DNA of 64,000 nt from Candidatus Limnocylindrus sp. ZSMar2m-chloro-G89 (GTDB lineage: Bacteria; Chloroflexota; Limnocylindria; Limnocylindrales; Limnocylindraceae): the NCBI GenBank assembly GCA_003670475.1, contig QWRJ01000002.1, positions 34,240 through 98,239 of the forward strand. Direction: 5' to 3'. Below are positions 30,608 to 39,813 of this stretch, one piece after another. Made by a program: the position numbers and the translations under genes. Position 1 is the stretch's first letter, and each line of letters begins with the position of its first letter. A model generated the notes under the pieces. The model worked only from the letters and a program-made list of their open reading frames with translations. It made no database searches and had not been told where the DNA came from.

Positions 30608-31617
30608 CGCAGACCTCGCAGCATGCGCAGGTCGTTCTCAAGGAAGGCGCGCAGATCAGGGATCTCGTGTCGGAGCATCGCAATTCGCTCAACACCAAGT
30701 CCAAACGCAAAGCCCTGATGGGTCTCCGGGTCAATACCACCATTCTCTAGAACAATTGGATGGACCATGCCGGCGCCGAGAATCGTCATCCAGCCGTCCT
30801 TTGCGCCGCCCCACGAAACATCAACGGCAACAGATGGTTCGGTGAACGGATAGTAGCCAGGACGGAAGCGCGTCCGTGTGCTCGGGCCGAAGAGGCCGCG
30901 CGCCAACTCATCGAGGATGCCCTTCAAGTCGGCGAGGGTGGTGCCGCGATCAACGAGGAGCCCCTCAACCTGATGGAACTCAAAGCCGTGGCTGGCGTCG
31001 ACCGCTTCATAGCGGAAGCAGCGGCCAGGAAGGATCACACGAATCGGTGGCTGCACGGCGCGCATCGTTCGGATCTGCCCTGGCGACGTGTGCGTGCGGA
31101 GGAGTCGACCCGGTTCACGGAGATAGAGCGTGTCCCAGAGATCGCGCGACGGGTGGTCTTCAGGGATGTTGAGCAGCTGGAAGTTTGTGACGTCGTCCTC
31201 AACCTCTTGACCTTCGGCAACGGTGAAGCCGAATGAGGCCATGATCCGCGCGATCGCAGCGATCGTCTCAGGAATTGGATGAAGAGAACCAACCTGCGGG
31301 AGCGGTCCAGGTGCCGTAGGGTCAGCCGACTCTGCAGTGATCAGTGCGGTCAACTCCGCCGCACCAGCAGCGCCTCGTCGATTGCTCAGCGCAGCATCAA
31401 TAGCGGCGCGCACCTCATTCGCAATCGCACCAATCTTTGGACGATCCTCTGCGGAGAGTGCCCCGATCCCTCGGAGGAGATCGGTCAGTGCGCCGCGCTT
31501 GCCGAGGAGTGAAGAGCCGAGATCGTCAAGGGCGGCGCTTGTTTCGGCCGCACCGATCTTTGCGATCGACTCAGTTTGGAGGGTACGGAGTTGCTTCTCG
31601 AGTGCCGCGAGCTCCAC
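30604..31617 (-). CDS. pheS: Phenylalanine--tRNA ligase alpha subunit
   Basis: Class II aaRS motifs 1-3 (HPSRDLWDTLY, FRPGYYPFTEPS, GFAFGLGVERIAM). Confidence 0.95.
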   Translation of the reverse strand: MELAALEKQLRTLQTESIAKIGAAETSAALDDLGSSLLGKRGALTDLLRGIGALSAEDRPKIGAIANEVRAAIDAALSNRRGAAGAAELTALITAESADPTAPGPLPQVGSLHPIPETIAAIARIMASFGFTVAEGQEVEDDVTNFQLLNIPEDHPSRDLWDTLYLREPGRLLRTHTSPGQIRTMRAVQPPIRVILPGRCFRYEAVDASHGFEFHQVEGLLVDRGTTLADLKGILDELARGLFGPSTRTRFRPGYYPFTEPSVAVDVSWGGAKDGWMTILGAGMVHPIVLENGGIDPETHQGFAFGLGVERIAMLRHEIPDLRAFLENDLRMLRGLR

Positions 31618-31634
31618 GGCTGCGACCTAGCGCG

Positions 31635-31985
31635 TCAGGCGCGCTTCGCTACGTCCGCGACCGCAGTGAAGGCCGCAGCATCGCGAACGGCGAGGTCAGC
31701 CAACATCTTCCGGTCGATCGCAACGTCGTTGCGCTTCAGGCCGGCAATAAAGACGGAGTAGGAGAGGCCGTTCAGTCGAGCGGCTGCGTTCACGCGGTGA
31801 ATCCAGAGCTCACGCATCTGGCGCTTGCGCTGCTGTCGGTCACGTGTTGCGTAGGCGAGCGCGTGAAGGAGTGCCTCACGAGCTGGACGAATGAGCTTGG
31901 AGCGCGTACCACGACGCCCAGAGGCCGCTTCGAGCAGGCGCTTATGGCGCTTATGACCAGCAACTCCGCGCTTTACTCGTGCCAT
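31635..31985 (-). CDS. rplT: 50S ribosomal protein L20
   Basis: [16 protein letters not shown]... Confidence 0.95.
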   Translation of the reverse strand: MARVKRGVAGHKRHKRLLEAASGRRGTRSKLIRPAREALLHALAYATRDRQQRKRQMRELWIHRVNAAARLNGLSYSVFIAGLKRNDVAIDRKMLADLAVRDAAAFTAVADVAKRA

Positions 31986-32009
31986 GCGTGCTCCTCTCCT
32001 CTACGCCGC

Positions 32010-32210
32010 TCAGCCGCCGTACGGCAGCAGGCGTGAGATCTGATTGTGATGGGTGTTGCCAAGCACCGACTTCCCCGAGTAGCGGCGGATGCGGCGCTGT
32101 GACTTGATTTCAAGGTGGTGACCGCGCCACGCCATGACGTGGATCGGCTTACCTGTGCCGGTGAAGCCGATGCGCTTCGAGGCCCCCTTGTGCGTCTTCA
32201 TCTTTGGCAT
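32010..32210 (-). CDS. rpmI: 50S ribosomal protein L35
   Basis: MPKMKTHKGASKRIGFTGTGK... Confidence 0.95.
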   Translation of the reverse strand: MPKMKTHKGASKRIGFTGTGKPIHVMAWRGHHLEIKSQRRIRRYSGKSVLGNTHHNQISRLLPYGG

Positions 32211-32211
32211 G

Positions 32212-32796
32212 TCACTCCCCTTCGGATGAGCTGGTGGTTGGTTCGGCTAGCGTAGCGGAACTTGCCGCGGACGCCTCCCGAGCCTTCGGTTTCGCCAATG
32301 CTAGCAGTTGGATCGAGAGGAAGCGTCCCTCGAGGAGCGGGGGGCGTTCCAGCTGGGAGACGTCCGATAGCCCCTCCACGACCCTGGTCAAGATCCCCTG
32401 CCCGATCTCAGGGTGGGTCATCTCACGGCCACGGAACTTGACCGAGAACTTGACCCGGTCCCCAGCCGAGAGGAACTTGTGGGCCTGGCGGATCTTGGTC
32501 TGGAGGTCGGCCTCTCCAATCTTCGGGGTGCAGCGGAGCTCCTTCAGGTCGGCCGTCTTCTGGCGCTTCTTGGAGTCCTTCTCCTTCTTCTGCAACTCGT
32601 ACTTGTACTGCCCGTAGTTGAGGTATTTGCAGACTGGTGGGGCTGACGTGGGGGCGACCTCTACAAGGTCAAGCCCGCGCTCTTGCGCCTGCCGAAGGGC
32701 TTCGTGTGTGGGGAGAACGCCGAGTTGGTTTCCATCTTCGTCGAGGACGCGCACCTGTGGCACGCGGATTTGAAGATTGATCCGCAAGTCCTTAAT
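32212..32796 (-). CDS. infC: Translation initiation factor IF-3, predicted AUU start codon
   Basis: IF3 N- and C-domains; in-frame ATT (32796-32794) gives (M)KDLRINLQIRV...; GAGGG SD 8 nt upstream; a stop lies 2 codons further upstream; ORF-track TTG at 32787 has no usable SD spacing. Confidence 0.85.
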   Translation of the reverse strand: MKDLRINLQIRVPQVRVLDEDGNQLGVLPTHEALRQAQERGLDLVEVAPTSAPPVCKYLNYGQYKYELQKKEKDSKKRQKTADLKELRCTPKIGEADLQTKIRQAHKFLSAGDRVKFSVKFRGREMTHPEIGQGILTRVVEGLSDVSQLERPPLLEGRFLSIQLLALAKPKAREASAASSATLAEPTTSSSEGE

Positions 32797-32891
32797 CGGC
32801 TACACCCTCACGATCGTCTGTATCACTCCCTGCGGAGACCTTCCACGGGGGCGGCAAGCGTAGCACCTTGAGGCACGGGAGGACTTCTCGC

Positions 32892-34757
32892 TCACGAGGC
32901 GCTTCGCGAGGCGGCCTTTGCGGCGAGTGTGGCGGCAAGCGCCTCCCAGCTCGTTGCTGGCTCCTGCGTGCCGTCACGCCAGCGAGGGGCGGCCCCACCC
33001 GCTTCAATCTCCTTATCGCCGAGGACGAGCATGAGCGGAACCTTCTGCTCCTGCGCAAGGCGAATCTTGTTCTGCATCCGCGCAGAAGATGCATCAACGG
33101 AGACGCGAATCCCCGCGGCGCGAAGTGTTGCGGCGCCAGCGGCAGCCGCCTCTTCGTGGCGATCAGAGATTGGGATGATCACGACCTGCTCAGGTGCGAG
33201 CCAGAAGGGGAAGGCGCCGGCGTAGTGCTCCACCAAGATGCCGATGAAGCGCTCAAGCGAACCGTAAATAGCGCGGTGAATCGCGATCGGTCGGACACGC
33301 TCCCCCGCCTCATCCACATACTCAAGGTCGAAGCGCTCAGGGAGCATCGCAAGGTCCACCTGAATCGTTGCCGTCTGCCACTCACGGCCGAGTGCGTCGC
33401 GCACGATGATGTCGATCTTTGGCGCGTAGAAGGCACCGTCGCCCGCGTTGAGGCGCCACTTGGCGCCAGATCGCTTCAGCGCCGATTCAATCATCGCTTC
33501 GGCCTTCTCCCAGAGCTTCGGATCGCCGAGCGCCTTTGCAGGCTTCGTGGAGAAGACGAGCTCGACGGGGAGATCAAACCAGCCATAGACCGTGGCGACT
33601 TCACCGAGTAGGGCGTCGATCTCGCTCTCAATCTGATCTGGTCGCACGTAGATGTGCCCGTCGTCCTGAATGAAGTGGCGCACGCGCGTCAGGCCGCTCA
33701 GCGTCCCAGAGAGTTCGTTGCGGTGCAGTCGCCCGTACTCTGCGAGGCGCAGCGGGAGGTCGCGGTAGCTGCGTGTCTTTGTCTTGTAAATGACGGTGCT
33801 CTCCGGACAGTTCATCGGCTTCAGGCTGAACTGCTCACCTTCAGATTCAATGACGAACATGTTTTCGCGGTAGAGCTCCCAGTGTCCCGACTGCTCCCAG
33901 AGACGCTTGCTGACAATGATCGGCGTGGAGATCTCCTGATAACCGCGCGCGTCTTGTAGCTCGCGCATCGCGCCCTCAAGTGTGCGCCAGAGGAGTTGCC
34001 CCTTCGGGTGCCAGAAGGCGCTGCCGGGGGAGACATCATGGAAGGAGAAGAGGTCGAGCGCCACACCGAGTCGTCGGTGATCACGCTTCTTCATCTCATC
34101 GCGACGCCAGATGAACTGATCGAGCTCCTCCTGTGTGTCCCAGGCAGTCCCGTAGATGCGCTGCAACATCGGCCGATCGCTCTTGCCACGCCAGTACGCA
34201 CCAGCGACTGAGAGGAGTTTGTACGGGCCGATCTTGCCGCTGCTCTCCACATGCGGGCCACGACAGAGATCCTGGAATTCGCCGTGCGTGTAGGTGGTGA
34301 CGTTCGGCTTCGGTTGACCCGCCGTTGCAGCCTTGGTGGCGAGATCATCCATGATCTCGATCTTGAACGTCTGATCGAGCTTCACGAGCTGCGCGCGCGC
34401 ATCATCAAATGAGTGCTCATCCAACTTAAACGTGTGATCCGCGGCGACGCTCTTCGCCATCTCCGTTTCGATTGAGGCGAGGTCCTCTGGCGTCAGTGGG
34501 CGCTCGAGGAGGAAGTCGTAGTAGAAGCCGTCGGTGATGGCGGGGCCAATGCCAAGCTTCACGCCGGGGAAGAGGCGCATCACCGCCTCAGCCATCACGT
34601 GTGCGGCGGAGTGGCGCATGCGGCCGAAGTGATCAGCGGCGCCAGCGTCGAGGAGTTCGTCGGCTGAGCCACGCGCAGGCGCGGCGAGGAGCTCCTCTTC
34701 GAGTGCCGCCTGGACCGCCTCTTCAGCCATTCGTTGCTCCCCTGCCTCCTCAATCAT
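32892..34757 (-). CDS. thrS: Threonine--tRNA ligase (no TGS N-domain visible; start at MIEEAG or MAEEAV)
   Basis: Class II aaRS core and C-terminal anticodon-binding domain; first Met of the ORF (34799) would overlap tRNA-Val. Confidence 0.9.
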   Translation of the reverse strand: MIEEAGEQRMAEEAVQAALEEELLAAPARGSADELLDAGAADHFGRMRHSAAHVMAEAVMRLFPGVKLGIGPAITDGFYYDFLLERPLTPEDLASIETEMAKSVAADHTFKLDEHSFDDARAQLVKLDQTFKIEIMDDLATKAATAGQPKPNVTTYTHGEFQDLCRGPHVESSGKIGPYKLLSVAGAYWRGKSDRPMLQRIYGTAWDTQEELDQFIWRRDEMKKRDHRRLGVALDLFSFHDVSPGSAFWHPKGQLLWRTLEGAMRELQDARGYQEISTPIIVSKRLWEQSGHWELYRENMFVIESEGEQFSLKPMNCPESTVIYKTKTRSYRDLPLRLAEYGRLHRNELSGTLSGLTRVRHFIQDDGHIYVRPDQIESEIDALLGEVATVYGWFDLPVELVFSTKPAKALGDPKLWEKAEAMIESALKRSGAKWRLNAGDGAFYAPKIDIIVRDALGREWQTATIQVDLAMLPERFDLEYVDEAGERVRPIAIHRAIYGSLERFIGILVEHYAGAFPFWLAPEQVVIIPISDRHEEAAAAGAATLRAAGIRVSVDASSARMQNKIRLAQEQKVPLMLVLGDKEIEAGGAAPRWRDGTQEPATSWEALAATLAAKAASRSAS

Positions 34758-34758
34758 T

Positions 34759-34836
34759 GTGGTGGGCGGTATAGGACTCGAACCTACGACCTCAGCCATG
34801 TCAAGGCTGCGCTCTAACCAACTGAGCTAACCGCCC
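34759..34836 (-). tRNA. tRNA-Val (anticodon GAC), CCA encoded
   Basis: Minus strand GGGCGGTTAGCTCAGTTGGTTAGAGCGCAGCCTTGACATGGCTGAGGTCGTAGGTTCGAGTCCTATACCGCCCACCA; 7-bp acceptor stem, anticodon-loop TTGACAT. Confidence 0.8.
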
Positions 34837-34871
34837 GAGGTCCCTGAGGATAGCCGATACACTCCCCGCCT

Positions 34872-35774
34872 ATGAGTGGTGAGAGCGGAGACCCCCTGGG
34901 AGCGCGTGCGGCGAGTGACCCGCTGATCGTCTGCGTCGGCGACCTGATTGATGAGATCGCCGTTCGCCTCACGGCACCCTGGCGGCGTGGCAGCGACGCA
35001 GCGGCGCAGATCAGCCGACGACGTGGCGGGAGCGCAGCGAATGTCGCCGTCGCTGCGGCAGCTGCGGGCGGACGGGCTCGCTTCATTGGTGCGATCGGCA
35101 GCGACACAACTGGCGATGCACTTGCGGCGGCGCTGCTCGCCGCTGGCGTGGAGCCGCTCCTTCAACGTGACGGACGCAGCCCCTCCATCATCGTGATCGT
35201 TGAGCCAGACGGTGAGCGCACCATGCTCCCCGACCGTGGCGTTGCGATGACGCTGACGCACCCCGGCCCAGCGGCACTCAGCGGCGCCGCTTGGCTCCAC
35301 GCACCCGCCTACTCCCTCATCGGCGAACCGCTTGGCGCCACAACCAACGCGCTCTTCCGAGAAGCCGTCAACGCAGGGATCGCCACTTCGCTCGATGCCT
35401 CCTCCGTTGGCGCACTCGCCGCATGGGGAGCGGAGGAGAGTCGCAGACGCTTCGGCGAAACTGGCGCATCACTCCTCTTCGCCAATGAAGAGGAGGTTGA
35501 GTACCTGGATTTAATCGAGCGACCGATCCCGAACATGACCCTGATCGTGAAGCGTGGGGCGGGCGTTGCCGAGGTGCGCGATCCTCACGGACGCCTCGTC
35601 GCCACGCTCCCAGCACCGCCGCTCAGCGAGGCGGTCGATACAACTGGAGCTGGCGATGCATTTGCAGGCGGCTTCGCAGTTGCACGCGCAGGAGGCACAG
35701 CGTGGGAAGATGCGCTGCGCGCTGGACACCGTGCCGCGAGCGCACACCTGATGGAACAGCAGAAGCGGGGTTGA
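34872..35774 (+). CDS. psuK: PfkB-family carbohydrate kinase, probable pseudouridine kinase (PsuK/YeiC-like)
   Basis: Ribokinase fold with DTTGAGDAFAGGF motif; start codon 1 nt after the stop of its upstream neighbour's pair partner psuG. Confidence 0.65.
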   Translation: MSGESGDPLGARAASDPLIVCVGDLIDEIAVRLTAPWRRGSDAAAQISRRRGGSAANVAVAAAAAGGRARFIGAIGSDTTGDALAAALLAAGVEPLLQRDGRSPSIIVIVEPDGERTMLPDRGVAMTLTHPGPAALSGAAWLHAPAYSLIGEPLGATTNALFREAVNAGIATSLDASSVGALAAWGAEESRRRFGETGASLLFANEEEVEYLDLIERPIPNMTLIVKRGAGVAEVRDPHGRLVATLPAPPLSEAVDTTGAGDAFAGGFAVARAGGTAWEDALRAGHRAASAHLMEQQKRG

Positions 35775-35775
35775 G

Positions 35776-36696
35776 ATGATCGTTCGATGTTCGTCCGAGG
35801 TTGCCGCGGCACTCAGTGAGGGGCGCCCTGTCGTTGCGCTTGAGTCAACGATCACCTCAGCACTCGGACTCCCCGCCCCACACAACCGTGACTGTTTTGC
35901 CAGAGTCAACGCGGCGATTCGCGCCGAGGGTGCAGTCCCCGCGCTCACTGGTCTCCTTGATGGTCAGCTCGTGGCGGGCGTGGAACCTGGCGAAGAGGAT
36001 CGGCTCCTCAACGCAACGCAGAAGCTTGCGGAGCGTGATCTTTATGGTGCGATGGCGGCGCGCCTCGACGCTGGCGTCAGCACCGTTTCAGCAACGGTCG
36101 CAATCGCCCATCTCGCTGGCATCCGCATCTTCGCCACGGGCGGCATTGGCGGCGTGCACCGCGGCGCAGAGCAGAGCTTTGACGTCTCATCTGACCTTGG
36201 CGCCATGGCACGTCACCCAGTCGCCGTGGTGAGTGCAGGGGCGAAGGCCTTCCTTGATCTTGCCAAGACACTTGAAGTGCTTGAGACGCTCAGCGTCCCT
36301 GTTGTCGGTTACCAGACGAATGAGTTCCCCGCCTTCTGGAGCCGCAGCAGCGGGCTAAAGATTGCACACCGTGTAGAGACGCCAGACGCGATCGCCGCCA
36401 CGATGAACGCGGCGCGCGATGCAGGGTGGCCAGGGGGCCTCCTCATCGCCAATCCGATCCCTCGTGCCGACGAAATCCCAGCCGCTGAGATTGCCGCCGC
36501 AATTGAAGAGGGCCTTGCCACTGCAGCGGCAGCTGGAGCAACCGGCCCAGCGGCAACTCCGCGCATCCTCGCCGCGATTGCAGCGGCGACTGCATCGCGC
36601 TCCATTCCGGCAAACCTTGCACTCGCAGCGTCAAACGCATCGCTTGCGGCAAAGGTCGCCGTTGCGCTCTCGCGCATGGGCGGAGTTCGGAACTAG
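35776..36696 (+). CDS. psuG: Pseudouridine-5'-phosphate glycosidase
   Basis: RPVVALESTITS N-terminal motif and overall YeiN/PsuG similarity. Confidence 0.85.
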   Translation: MIVRCSSEVAAALSEGRPVVALESTITSALGLPAPHNRDCFARVNAAIRAEGAVPALTGLLDGQLVAGVEPGEEDRLLNATQKLAERDLYGAMAARLDAGVSTVSATVAIAHLAGIRIFATGGIGGVHRGAEQSFDVSSDLGAMARHPVAVVSAGAKAFLDLAKTLEVLETLSVPVVGYQTNEFPAFWSRSSGLKIAHRVETPDAIAATMNAARDAGWPGGLLIANPIPRADEIPAAEIAAAIEEGLATAAAAGATGPAATPRILAAIAAATASRSIPANLALAASNASLAAKVAVALSRMGGVRN

Positions 36697-36706
36697 GCGT
36701 CTGGAA

Positions 36707-38053
36707 CTAAGCGTGCGGCGCCGTTGCGCTGCGTCGCGGACCACGCAGGATTGAGAGCAGCGCAACTACCGCGATCAAGATCCCCACGCCGAGGAGCGTA
36801 TTCGTTGCGCCAATCGCATCGGCGATCGGTCCGACCGCAATGATCGGCGCGAAGCTGCCAAGGCTCACCAGCATGTTGAGCACACCAAAGACACGCCCAC
36901 GCACCTCCTCTGGCAGCTCCTCCTGGAGCGCCGTCTGGGCTGGAATGGCGACGAGGCCATAAGAGGCACCAGCAAAGTAGGCGACGAAGATCACCGTAGC
37001 GAGCGCTGACGCACCACTTCCGATCGGAAGTCCGCCGAGCACGCTGGCGCCATCAGAGATCGCACGGCTGATCGGCTCGGCAAGCGCAAGGAGCGCGAGG
37101 CCGGCGCCAACACCGAGCAGCCCCCCTTCAATGAGGCGACGGCGAGAGATTGCCTGTCCCCAACTGTTCAGCGCCAAGATTCCCGTGACCACACCGAGCC
37201 CTATTGGCAGGACGATCAACCAGAAGTCGCGAGCCTCAAGTCCGAGCGCATTCGCGACGTACTCCGGCCCAAGGACGCCCATCAGTCCAACCACGCTTGC
37301 GGCAATTGAAAGATAGGTGAGCGACCAGAGGACAGAGCCGTTCGCACGGATGTAGCGCAGCCCCACCATGAGTTCAGATGATGTTGTTCGCGTCGACTCA
37401 CGTGTTGAGGCGCGCAAGCCCGCCGCGTGTGCAGCGGGTGGCGCTGCAGGGAGGCCCACACAAAGGATTCCAGCGATCAGGAAGAGCCCCGCGACGAACA
37501 CGATGGCTGCCTCTGGTCCGGCGATGCGCACAACGGCGGGACCGAGCAGCGCAAAGCCGAGCGCGAAGGCTGCATTCAGGGTGAAGGTGAAGAGTCCATT
37601 TGCTGAGGTGAGCTGATCGCGTCGGACGAGGAGCGGGATCATCGCAAGCTCCGCCGGCGCGAAGAGCGTCGTCATCAAGCTCGCAAAGATGTTCAGCAGC
37701 ATGACAGTCCCAAGCGAGTCGACGCTACCAAGCATCAGGAAGAAGGCGGCGGCGCGCGAAAGGTTCGCCACGACCAAGACGAGTCGCTTATCAAGTCGAT
37801 CGACCCAGACGCCAGAGATCGGCGAGAGGAGGACGGCGGGGACGAGGAAGCTCAAGAAGAGGAGGCTCAACGCCGAAGTGGAGCCACTCCGCTCCGCAAC
37901 GAGGACGGTGAGCCCGTAGAGGACAACGTTGCCGCCGATCTGCGTGAGGAGTTGGGCGATCCAGAGGCGCAGGAAGGCCCCGTTTCGAAGCACCCCCACA
38001 TCTGGGGGCTGCTGGAAGTCAGGGATCTCCTTCTTGATCTGTGACTCGCTCAC
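36707..38053 (-). CDS. MFS transporter (12 TM)
   Basis: MFS topology and composition; GTG start with GGAGG SD. Confidence 0.7.
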   Translation of the reverse strand: MSESQIKKEIPDFQQPPDVGVLRNGAFLRLWIAQLLTQIGGNVVLYGLTVLVAERSGSTSALSLLFLSFLVPAVLLSPISGVWVDRLDKRLVLVVANLSRAAAFFLMLGSVDSLGTVMLLNIFASLMTTLFAPAELAMIPLLVRRDQLTSANGLFTFTLNAAFALGFALLGPAVVRIAGPEAAIVFVAGLFLIAGILCVGLPAAPPAAHAAGLRASTRESTRTTSSELMVGLRYIRANGSVLWSLTYLSIAASVVGLMGVLGPEYVANALGLEARDFWLIVLPIGLGVVTGILALNSWGQAISRRRLIEGGLLGVGAGLALLALAEPISRAISDGASVLGGLPIGSGASALATVIFVAYFAGASYGLVAIPAQTALQEELPEEVRGRVFGVLNMLVSLGSFAPIIAVGPIADAIGATNTLLGVGILIAVVALLSILRGPRRSATAPHA

Positions 38054-38062
38054 ACCGCCTCC

Positions 38063-38094
38063 ATCCTGCCGCTTCCTGATCCTGCCGCTTCCTA
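38063..38094. repeat. Perfect 2 x 16-bp tandem direct repeat (atcctgccgcttcctN) abutting the 3' end of tRNA-Arg
   Basis: atcctgccgcttcctg followed by atcctgccgcttccta, seen directly in the sequence. Confidence 0.6.
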
Positions 38095-38170
38095 TGGTGC
38101 CCCCGGCCGGAATCGAACCGACGACGCCCGCCTTAGGACGGCGGCGCTCTATCCACTGAGCTACGGGGGC
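38095..38170 (-). tRNA. tRNA-Arg (anticodon CCU), CCA encoded
   Basis: Minus strand GCCCCCGTAGCTCAGTGGATAGAGCGCCGCCGTCCTAAGGCGGGCGTCGTCGGTTCGATTCCGGCCGGGGGCACCA. Confidence 0.8.
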
Positions 38171-38212
38171 CCGTCAAGATGGTAGCCCAGCGCCGCGTGG
38201 GAGAATACGGGG

Positions 38213-38482
38213 ATGGAGACGCGCAGCATCACCCTCTACAGCCGCCCTGAGTGCGGACTCTGCGTGGAGGCTCTTGAGGCCCTCCGCCAGATCGTGGCCG
38301 CCTCCCCCACTCCGCTCGTCATCAACGAGGTCAACGTTGAGGGAGATCCAGTGCTGCACCAGCGCCTCCTCACGGAGATTCCCGCTGTTGAATACGGCGG
38401 TCAACTCCTCTCGCACGCAACGAGTCGGATGCGCATTGCAACGTTCATCGCCAACGTTGATGACGCGGTGCAGCATGTCTGA
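38213..38482 (+). CDS. Glutaredoxin-like small thioredoxin-fold protein (CGLC motif)
   Basis: YSRPECGLCVEA CxxC motif at the N-terminus, 89 aa. Confidence 0.6.
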   Translation: METRSITLYSRPECGLCVEALEALRQIVAASPTPLVINEVNVEGDPVLHQRLLTEIPAVEYGGQLLSHATSRMRIATFIANVDDAVQHV

Positions 38483-39167
38483 GGTCAGCCTCCTCACTGC
38501 AGTTGCGGCGGGACTCTTGAGCTTCCTCTCGCCGTGCGTTCTTCCGCTCGTCCCCGCATACCTTGGCCGACTCGCATCGCTAGCGAACGGTGAGTCGGCA
38601 ACACTTCACGCGCTCCTCTTTGTGACTGGCTTCACCGCCCTCTTCACCCTCCTCGGCGTAGGCGCCGCATACGCAGGCGGCGCAATCGGATCAATCCTGC
38701 CGATTGTCCAACTCCCACTCGGACTCGCTGTCTTCTTCGGTGGCTTGCACCTTGCAGGCGTTGTGCGCATCCCGATCCTTGATCGCAGCCAGGCGCCACA
38801 TAAATATGCCGCCGCTGGGCGAAGTGGCAGCCTCCTCCTTGGCGCCGCATTTGCACTGGCGTGGACGCCATGCATCGGCATTGTGCTCGGCTCAATTCTT
38901 GCGCTCGCCGCAACAGGGAGCGATCCACTCGGCTCGGTTGCACTCCTACTCAGCTACAGTGCGGGGCTCGGCCTCCCATTCATTGCGCTCGGAGTTGTTG
39001 CGCAGCGAAGTGCTGACCGACTCCCTGCACTCCTCTCACGCCTGCGAAAAGGGACGCGCCTCGTTGGTCGCGTTGGCGGCCTCCTCGTTGCAGCGATCGG
39101 ACTCGCGATCGCCGCCGGACTCCTCCCAACGCTGGCGCGCATCCTTCCGGGACTCCAAGGGCTCTAG
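38475..39167 (+). CDS. ccdA: Cytochrome c-type biogenesis / thiol-disulfide transporter CcdA (DsbD family)
   Basis: SFLSPCVLPLVPAYLG motif, 6 TM helices; ATG overlaps the upstream stop (ATGTCTGA). Confidence 0.8.
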   Translation: MSEVSLLTAVAAGLLSFLSPCVLPLVPAYLGRLASLANGESATLHALLFVTGFTALFTLLGVGAAYAGGAIGSILPIVQLPLGLAVFFGGLHLAGVVRIPILDRSQAPHKYAAAGRSGSLLLGAAFALAWTPCIGIVLGSILALAATGSDPLGSVALLLSYSAGLGLPFIALGVVAQRSADRLPALLSRLRKGTRLVGRVGGLLVAAIGLAIAAGLLPTLARILPGLQGL

Positions 39168-39170
39168 TAC

Positions 39171-39791
39171 GTGGAGATGATTGGACCGTTCCCTCGACGA
39201 ACACTCGTCCGAATCGGCGCACTCGCACTCCTTGCCGCCGCACTCCTCGCGCTCGCGGGCACAAACATCCCAACGAGCACCAACCCTCCGCTCGGCATCA
39301 ACGCCGATGGGCGCTACGTGATTGATCCTGCGGCGACCGGGCCCGTGATCGATAGCGAGTTCACCATCCCCGCCGAATCGCTCCTTGCAAACGGCAGCAC
39401 CTACGGCAAGGTGATGGATGTGCGTGTGGCTGCAGGGCTTCCGCCGGTCCAACTCATCATCGTTGACCTCTTCGCCACCTGGTGCCCGCCGTGCCAGCAG
39501 GAGACGCCGATCCTTCGCGCGTTTGATCGCGCCTATCGCGAGCGAGGACTCCAGATCATCGGCATCTCCGTGCAAGAGCTCCAAGGGAGTGTGGCCGCCT
39601 ATGCGGAACGCTACGGGCTGGAGTATCCGATCGTTATGGATGTGGATGGTGCGCTCTTTCGTGCCGCGTCGGCGGGTGGCCTCCCAACAAAGGTCCTGCT
39701 CGATCCGAGCGGTCGCGTCCTCGCCGTCTTGCCGAGGCCCTTCACCGCAGCCGACGGCGCAACGCTGATTGAGCCGCTCTTAACTCCGTAG
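39171..39791 (+). CDS. TlpA/ResA-like thiol-disulfide oxidoreductase
   Basis: WCPPCQQE thioredoxin motif, N-terminal signal/TM segment. Confidence 0.8.
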   Translation: MEMIGPFPRRTLVRIGALALLAAALLALAGTNIPTSTNPPLGINADGRYVIDPAATGPVIDSEFTIPAESLLANGSTYGKVMDVRVAAGLPPVQLIIVDLFATWCPPCQQETPILRAFDRAYRERGLQIIGISVQELQGSVAAYAERYGLEYPIVMDVDGALFRAASAGGLPTKVLLDPSGRVLAVLPRPFTAADGATLIEPLLTP

Positions 39792-39813
39792 CGAAGTCTG
39801 CTTGGTGGCGTCG

